Source of the DNA: an uncultured delta proteobacterium
GTDB lineage: Bacteria; Desulfobacterota; Zymogenia; Zymogenales; Zymogenaceae
Length of the DNA stretch: 64,000 nucleotides
Reading direction: 5' to 3'
NCBI GenBank assembly: GCA_963792965.1
Contig: CAWBYW010000004.1
Coordinates: 160,001-224,000, forward strand
Made by a program: the position numbers and the translations under genes. Below the pieces are notes generated by a model. It saw only the letters and a list, made by a program, of their open reading frames with translations. It was not told the DNA's origin and ran no database searches. Shown here piece by piece: positions 58,803 through 64,000 of the stretch; the stretch's first letter is position 1; each line of letters opens with the position of its first letter.

Positions 58803-60830
58803 ATGAAAAGGAATATTGTTTTTCTCGTTATTATTTCCCTCCTCTTTCTCGCCGTTCCCATCGTCACGGCGGCCGAAAACGACCCGGACGCGCTCTTTTC
58901 CTCGGGCGTCGACGCCTTCAATGCCGGAAAGTATGATGAGGCGGTCTCGATCTGGGAGCGGACGCTGCCGCTCTATAAGGCCAACGGCGATATCGAGCAC
59001 GAGGCGATGGTCAAGAACAACCTTGGGCTCGTCCATTTCTACATGCGCGAGTACCAAAAGGCGATTGACTATTTTACCTCAGCCCTTGCCATCGACCGAA
59101 AGCGGGGGATATCTAAAGATATCGCGACCGACCTGCAGAACCTCGGCATGGCCTATTATCAGATGGGGAGCTATCAGGAAGCGCTGGCGGCGTTTCGTGA
59201 GTCGGCCGAGACATTCGGATCCGTCTCCGACCCCGAGGGTGAGGCAAAGAACCTCTATTACATCGGCATGACCGACTACGCCCTTGGAAACTACGTCGAG
59301 GCGGGACGCTTCTACTCGGCGGCGGCCGACCAGCACCGCAGCCTGAGGGACAGGGCAGGCTACGCGCTCGATATCACGGGGCTGGGCGACGTCTACGCGG
59401 CGCTCGACCGATTTGACAAGGCGATGGAGAACTATACTGAGGTCCTTAAGGTCAGAGAAGTATTGGGCGAAAAGGTCCCGTACGTCCGTGCGGAGATCAA
59501 GATCGCCAAGGCCCTGGAGAACAAGGGGCGGTACGATGAGGGCATAGAATACCTCAATCGCGCCCAGAAAGACGCCAAAGACGCAAAGAGCGAGCCGTTA
59601 CTGGGCGATATCGCCGCGGCGCGTGGAGATATCCTCAATTCATCGGGAGACTGGGAGGGGGCGCTCGCCGCTTACGAGGAAGCGATCTCGCTCATGAAAA
59701 AGGGGGACGACCTTGCCGGCGTGGGGTTGGTCCTGACCGATAAGGGAATACTCCTTGGCGAGCTCTTGAGGTTTTCCGATGCAAAGAAATCGTTCGAGGA
59801 TGCACGGCTCATCTATCAGGTGACAAAAGATACGAAAAACGAGGCGAAGGTCGTCGTCAACCTCGGGAACCTCATGAACACGGAGGGGAACCTCGATGCC
59901 GCCCTTACCTACTACGGGGAGGCCCAGAAGCTCCTCGGGACAGAGACGTCACGCGTAGTGAGCGGGGTGAACCTGCTGGGTATCGGCGAGGTCTACCTGT
60001 GGCAAAAGGAGTATAAGAAGGCGCGGACGGCTTTCACCGACGCCGGCAAGCTCGTCAATGATGAGCGCGACAAGCGGTACGAGGCCAAGATCGACGCATA
60101 TATGGGGCTTCTGGACTACCTGGAAGGCAGCTACGCTTCGGCGCTCACGAGGTTCAATACCTCTCTTTCCATCCTGAGGAAAGAGAACAACGGGATGCTT
60201 GTGTCCGATATCCTTGTCGGCACCGGGATGGCGCTTCTTAAGACGAAGCGGCCTGAGGTAGCGGCGGGATACTTTCTCGAGGCCAAGCGGCTTGCCGACG
60301 ACCTGGTGATCCCGCCCGTCGGTTGGCGCGCGGTATATTGCGACGGGCTGGTGAAAGAACAGGCCAAGGATGCGGCAACGGCGCTTGCCCGGTACGAGGA
60401 CGCCCTCTTCCGCTACACGGGTGTGCCGGAGGTATCCATCAACCTCTATGGGGCGCGGATGATTACAGCCGGCGATCTCTTCGAGAGCCTGGCCGCCGCC
60501 TATGTGGCCAATGGGGATGCCGGAAAGGCGGATACGGTCATGAAAAAGAAGGCGGGCATGGAAAAGATCATTTCGCTCTTTACCGTCTCCACCCCGGAGT
60601 TCACGGGAAAGGAAGAGAAGGCCATCGTGAGGCTGAAAGACGCCGTCGGCGAGATCAATTACCTCGACAGGCGGCTTGCCGACGACGAATATCTAAAGGG
60701 GAACAACACCGAGCTCTTCACCAAGAAGCTTCTCTCCGCCCAGGGGAAATATCTGACGGTGCTGGACGACATCAAAAGCGACGCGCCATCGCTGTGGGAC
60801 ACATACTTCCGGGATGTGTATGAACAATAG
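58803..60830 (+). CDS. Exported tetratricopeptide-repeat protein
   Basis: Sec-type signal peptide MKRNIVFLVIISLLFLAVPIVTAA, followed by about twelve ~40-aa TPR repeats (NNLG..Y...Y..A..YF..AL). Confidence 0.85.
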   Translation: MKRNIVFLVIISLLFLAVPIVTAAENDPDALFSSGVDAFNAGKYDEAVSIWERTLPLYKANGDIEHEAMVKNNLGLVHFYMREYQKAIDYFTSALAIDRKRGISKDIATDLQNLGMAYYQMGSYQEALAAFRESAETFGSVSDPEGEAKNLYYIGMTDYALGNYVEAGRFYSAAADQHRSLRDRAGYALDITGLGDVYAALDRFDKAMENYTEVLKVREVLGEKVPYVRAEIKIAKALENKGRYDEGIEYLNRAQKDAKDAKSEPLLGDIAAARGDILNSSGDWEGALAAYEEAISLMKKGDDLAGVGLVLTDKGILLGELLRFSDAKKSFEDARLIYQVTKDTKNEAKVVVNLGNLMNTEGNLDAALTYYGEAQKLLGTETSRVVSGVNLLGIGEVYLWQKEYKKARTAFTDAGKLVNDERDKRYEAKIDAYMGLLDYLEGSYASALTRFNTSLSILRKENNGMLVSDILVGTGMALLKTKRPEVAAGYFLEAKRLADDLVIPPVGWRAVYCDGLVKEQAKDAATALARYEDALFRYTGVPEVSINLYGARMITAGDLFESLAAAYVANGDAGKADTVMKKKAGMEKIISLFTVSTPEFTGKEEKAIVRLKDAVGEINYLDRRLADDEYLKGNNTELFTKKLLSAQGKYLTVLDDIKSDAPSLWDTYFRDVYEQ

Positions 60831-60902
60831 TCGGGGCGCCGCGATAGAGAGGCCCTCTCTCCGTTCGGCTTTCTCCGACGGGGATTACGGGGAGACTATC
60901 AT

Positions 60903-61748
60903 ATGAAGGGCCTTCCCGCTATGGAGGCGCTCAGGAAATACGGAAAGGCGCCTTTTAGTGTGGCGGTCGTCCACGGCGGCCCGGGCGCGGCGGGAGAGAT
61001 GGCTCCGGTTGCCCGAAGGCTCGCGTCCGGCCGGGGCGTGTTGGAGCCGCTTCAGCACGCGGTGTCTGTCGAGGGACAAGTCGAGGAGCTGAGGGATACC
61101 CTGGAAAAAAACGGAGACCCTCCGATCACCCTGATCGGCTTTTCGTGGGGCGCGTGGCTCAGTCTGATAATCGCCGGCCGATTTCCCGCGCTTATCAGAA
61201 AGCTGATACTGATCGGGTGCGCCGGTATTGAAGAGAAAAATGCCGAACAGACCCAAGAAACCAGGACAAACCGTCTCAGTGCCCAAGAGAGAGAAGAGGT
61301 CTCATCACTCGACGACATCCTGCGTGATCCCAAAGCCGGGGATAAAAATGCCGCTTTTGAGCGGCTTGGTGTACTATTTTCAAAAGCCGATGCGTTTGAT
61401 CCAATCGCGGTCAAGTCGAGCAGCCACAGCGAGACCGAGCTTCGTGCCGATATCTTCGACGGGGTGTGGAGGGATGCCGCCCGATTGAGAAGGAGCGGGA
61501 AGCTGTTGGAGCTGACGAAATCCGTTCGGTGCCCCGTGGTCGCCATCCACGGAGACTACGATCCTCACCCGGCCGATGCCGTGGAAGAGACGCTGTCGGC
61601 GTCTCTTGAGACCTTTCGATTTATCCTTCTGAAGAGGTGCGGGCACATGCCGTGGATAGAGCGGCACACCCGGGAACGGTTCTTCGAAATCCTGGAAGAG
61701 GAATTGAGCGCAGCGGACCCGGATATCGTGACAGAAGGGCTCGGATGA
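60903..61748 (+). CDS. Alpha/beta-fold hydrolase
   Basis: HGGPG oxyanion motif, GFSWG nucleophile elbow, HGDYD and CGH.PW.E. Confidence 0.88.
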   Translation: MKGLPAMEALRKYGKAPFSVAVVHGGPGAAGEMAPVARRLASGRGVLEPLQHAVSVEGQVEELRDTLEKNGDPPITLIGFSWGAWLSLIIAGRFPALIRKLILIGCAGIEEKNAEQTQETRTNRLSAQEREEVSSLDDILRDPKAGDKNAAFERLGVLFSKADAFDPIAVKSSSHSETELRADIFDGVWRDAARLRRSGKLLELTKSVRCPVVAIHGDYDPHPADAVEETLSASLETFRFILLKRCGHMPWIERHTRERFFEILEEELSAADPDIVTEGLG

Positions 61749-61796
61749 CGAGTGCATCCGGCGGTTGGACAGACATCGTTCATCATCCCGCAGACA

Positions 61797-61833
61797 AGAA
61801 AAGGGGAGGTAAAACCTCCCCTTTTCTCTTTTT
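61797..61833. terminator. Bidirectional intrinsic terminator
   Basis: AGAAAAGGGGAGGT-AAA-ACCTCCCCTTTTCT between the convergent hydrolase and acs genes. Confidence 0.85.
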
Positions 61834-61881
61834 CGTTTCCTGTCGGCAGGGGCCCTTCAGGCACCCCGAGCCGTCCGGGAG

Positions 61882-63843
61882 TTAGATCACCCGGTTCTTG
61901 ATGAGGTCCTCAACGACATGCGGATCGGCCAGTGTCGACGTATCGCCGACCTGATCGGGCTGATTCTCGGCGATCTTGCGGAGAATCCTGCGCATGATCT
62001 TGCCGGATCTCGTTTTCGGCAGGCCGTCTGCGAACTGGAGCTTGTCCGGTGTCGCGATGGGGCCGATGAGCTTCCTGACGTGATTGACCAGCTCCTTCTT
62101 GAGCTCTTCTGACTTCGGCACGCCGGAGTTAAGGGTTACGTAGGCATAGATGCCCTGGCCCTTGATGTCATGAGGGAACCCGACGACCGCGGCCTCGGCC
62201 ACCTGGGGATGGGCCACGAGGGCGCTTTCGACCTCGGCGGTGCCCATGCGGTGACCGGAGACGTTGATGACGTCGTCGACGCGGCCCGTGATCCAGTAGT
62301 AGCCGTCCGCGTCGCGGCGCGCGCCGTCACCGGTGAAATAGTAGCCGGGGAACTGCACGAAGTAGGTCTCTTTGTGGCGCTTGGGGTCGCCGTAGACGCC
62401 CCTCATCTGGCCGGGCCACGACTGCTTGATGCACAGTGCGCCCTCGCCGGGGCCCTGGATCTCCTTGCCGTTGGCATCCACCAGGCACGGCACCACGCCG
62501 AAGAAGGGGAGGGTGGCGCTGCCCGGCTTGGTCGGCCAGGCGCCCGGCAGCGGCGTGATCAGGATGCCGCCCGTCTCGGTCTGCCACCAGGTATCAACGA
62601 TGGGGCACTTCCCCTTGCCGATATTGTCATGGTACCAGCCCCACGCCTCGGGGTTGATCGGCTCGCCGACGGAGCCCAGAAGCTGCAGGCTGGACAGATT
62701 ATGCTTCTTGACCCAGTCGAGGCCTTCCTTTGCGATGGCGCGGATGGCCGTGGGGGCGGTGTAGATGATGTTGACTTTGTACTTGTCGACGACGTCCCAG
62801 AAGCGGCCCCAGTCCGGATAGGTCGGAACGCCCTCGAACATGATGGAGGTGGCGCCGTTGGCCAGCGGCCCGTAGACGATGTAGGAGTGGCCGGTGACCC
62901 AGCCGATGTCGGCCGTGCACCAGTACATGTCGCCGTCGTGATAGTCGAAGATCATCTTATGGGAGTAGGAGACGTAGACCATATAGCCGCCCGTGGTGTG
63001 CATGACGCCCTTGGGCTTGCCGGTGGAGCCGGAGGTGTAGAGGATGAAGAGAGGATCTTCGGCGTCCATCTCCTCGCAGGGGCAGTCGGCGCTGGCTTTA
63101 GCCATGAGGTCTTCCCACCAGATGTCACGCCCTTCCTTCCATGTGCACTTAATCTTGTCGCCGACACGCTTTGCCACGACGACCTTCTCGATCGAGGTTC
63201 CCTCGACGGCCTTATCGGCGTTGTCCTTCTGGGGGACCGCCTTGGCGCCGCGGAAGGTGCCGTCGCAGGTTACCAGGACCTTGGACTTGCAGTCGAGTAT
63301 CCGGTCTCTCAACGCGTCTGCGGAGAAGCCGCCGAAGACGATGCTGTGGATGGCGCCGATGCGGGCACACGCCAACAGCGAGATGGCCAGCTGCGGGATC
63401 ATGGGGAGATAAAGGGTAACACGATCGCCCTTCTTGACTCCGAGGCTCTTGAGGACGTTTGCGAACTTGCTGACCTCGGTATGCAGCTCTTTGTAGGTGT
63501 ACTTCCACGATTCGTTCGGATCGTTCCCTTCGGCGATCAGGGCGACCTGGTTTTCTCTCTTGGTGCCGAGGTGCCTGTCAAGACAGTTGTAGCAGGCGTT
63601 GAGCTTTCCGCCGATGAACCACTTGATCTGAGCCTCTTTGTAGTTCTCCTCGTTTACCTTCGTCCATTTTTTGTACCAGGTAATCTGCTCTTCGGCGACC
63701 TTTCCCCAGAATGCCTCAGGGTTCTTTACGGACTCGTCCCACATCTTCTGGTATTGTTCCCTGCTCTTGATGTAGGCCTTTGCCGTGAAATCCTTAGGCG
63801 GCGCGAAGGTCTTCCCTTCGAATGCGCTTTTCTCATCTGCCAT
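61882..63843 (-). CDS. acs: Acetyl-CoA synthetase (AMP-forming)
   Basis: [29 protein letters not shown] and [12 protein letters not shown]. Confidence 0.96.
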   Translation of the reverse strand: MADEKSAFEGKTFAPPKDFTAKAYIKSREQYQKMWDESVKNPEAFWGKVAEEQITWYKKWTKVNEENYKEAQIKWFIGGKLNACYNCLDRHLGTKRENQVALIAEGNDPNESWKYTYKELHTEVSKFANVLKSLGVKKGDRVTLYLPMIPQLAISLLACARIGAIHSIVFGGFSADALRDRILDCKSKVLVTCDGTFRGAKAVPQKDNADKAVEGTSIEKVVVAKRVGDKIKCTWKEGRDIWWEDLMAKASADCPCEEMDAEDPLFILYTSGSTGKPKGVMHTTGGYMVYVSYSHKMIFDYHDGDMYWCTADIGWVTGHSYIVYGPLANGATSIMFEGVPTYPDWGRFWDVVDKYKVNIIYTAPTAIRAIAKEGLDWVKKHNLSSLQLLGSVGEPINPEAWGWYHDNIGKGKCPIVDTWWQTETGGILITPLPGAWPTKPGSATLPFFGVVPCLVDANGKEIQGPGEGALCIKQSWPGQMRGVYGDPKRHKETYFVQFPGYYFTGDGARRDADGYYWITGRVDDVINVSGHRMGTAEVESALVAHPQVAEAAVVGFPHDIKGQGIYAYVTLNSGVPKSEELKKELVNHVRKLIGPIATPDKLQFADGLPKTRSGKIMRRILRKIAENQPDQVGDTSTLADPHVVEDLIKNRVI

Positions 63844-63899
63844 ATCGTAAACCTCCGTGATAGTAAATCGCTGTCACTCTGTTTAATGATTATTGTTCA

Positions 63900-64000
63900 A
63901 AACCGATCTGTTCGGTTTCTATCCACGCAATGCGAGCATATTATAAATCCGAAAAACTATACCTTAGAGATCAATTCAATGTCAAGAAAAAAATGAATGA
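63900..64000 (-). promoter_or_regulatory. acs promoter region with a palindrome and a truncated FadR-box-like half-site
   Basis: Minus strand TTGACA(63985)-18 nt-TATAGT(63956); palindrome AAACCGA-N5-TCGGTTT (63900-63918); ATGAATGA at 63993-64000. Confidence 0.5.

Noticed and set aside
1-64000. CRISPR arrays, tRNA/rRNA genes, IS elements, prophage or known defence systems
   Set aside because: No regularly spaced repeats, cloverleafs, transposase/integrase or phage genes were seen by eye.

Overview
A 64-kb, GC-rich (roughly 60%), gene-dense bacterial chromosomal segment with no rRNA, tRNA, CRISPR array or mobile element that I can see. Gene content suggests an anaerobic lipid and fatty-acid degrader, probably Desulfobacterota-like (inference). 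Main blocks: (i) GH1 beta-glucosidase, RCK K+ channel and a CHASE2 protein, plus an ArnT-like GT, a CBS protein and a sigma54-driven PAS-GGDEF cyclase; (ii) TetR-prpE, two tandem IpdC/FabK-like flavoenzymes, an AcuC deacetylase, and a FadR(YsiA)-controlled operon encoding an HAD-ECH fusion, acyl-CoA dehydrogenase, EtfBA and FadF/EMO; (iii) glpK and glpABC; (iv) an N-acylamino acid racemase-like enolase, MFS, membrane cytochrome c, ThiS, Ntn acylase and tandem SDRs; (v) a GH106-like protein, a CASTOR/POLLUX-type channel and a GPH transporter; (vi) a complete Na+-type V/A-ATPase operon (HIKECFABD); (vii) a CD225-DUF2752 pair, murI, a divergent EF-G paralog, plsC, a secreted TPR protein, a hydrolase and acs. 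The most novel-looking item is an unassigned, multi-stem ~200-nt candidate ncRNA at 2788-2987. About 10-11 single-base frameshifts, nearly all insertions, probably reflect sequencing or assembly error.
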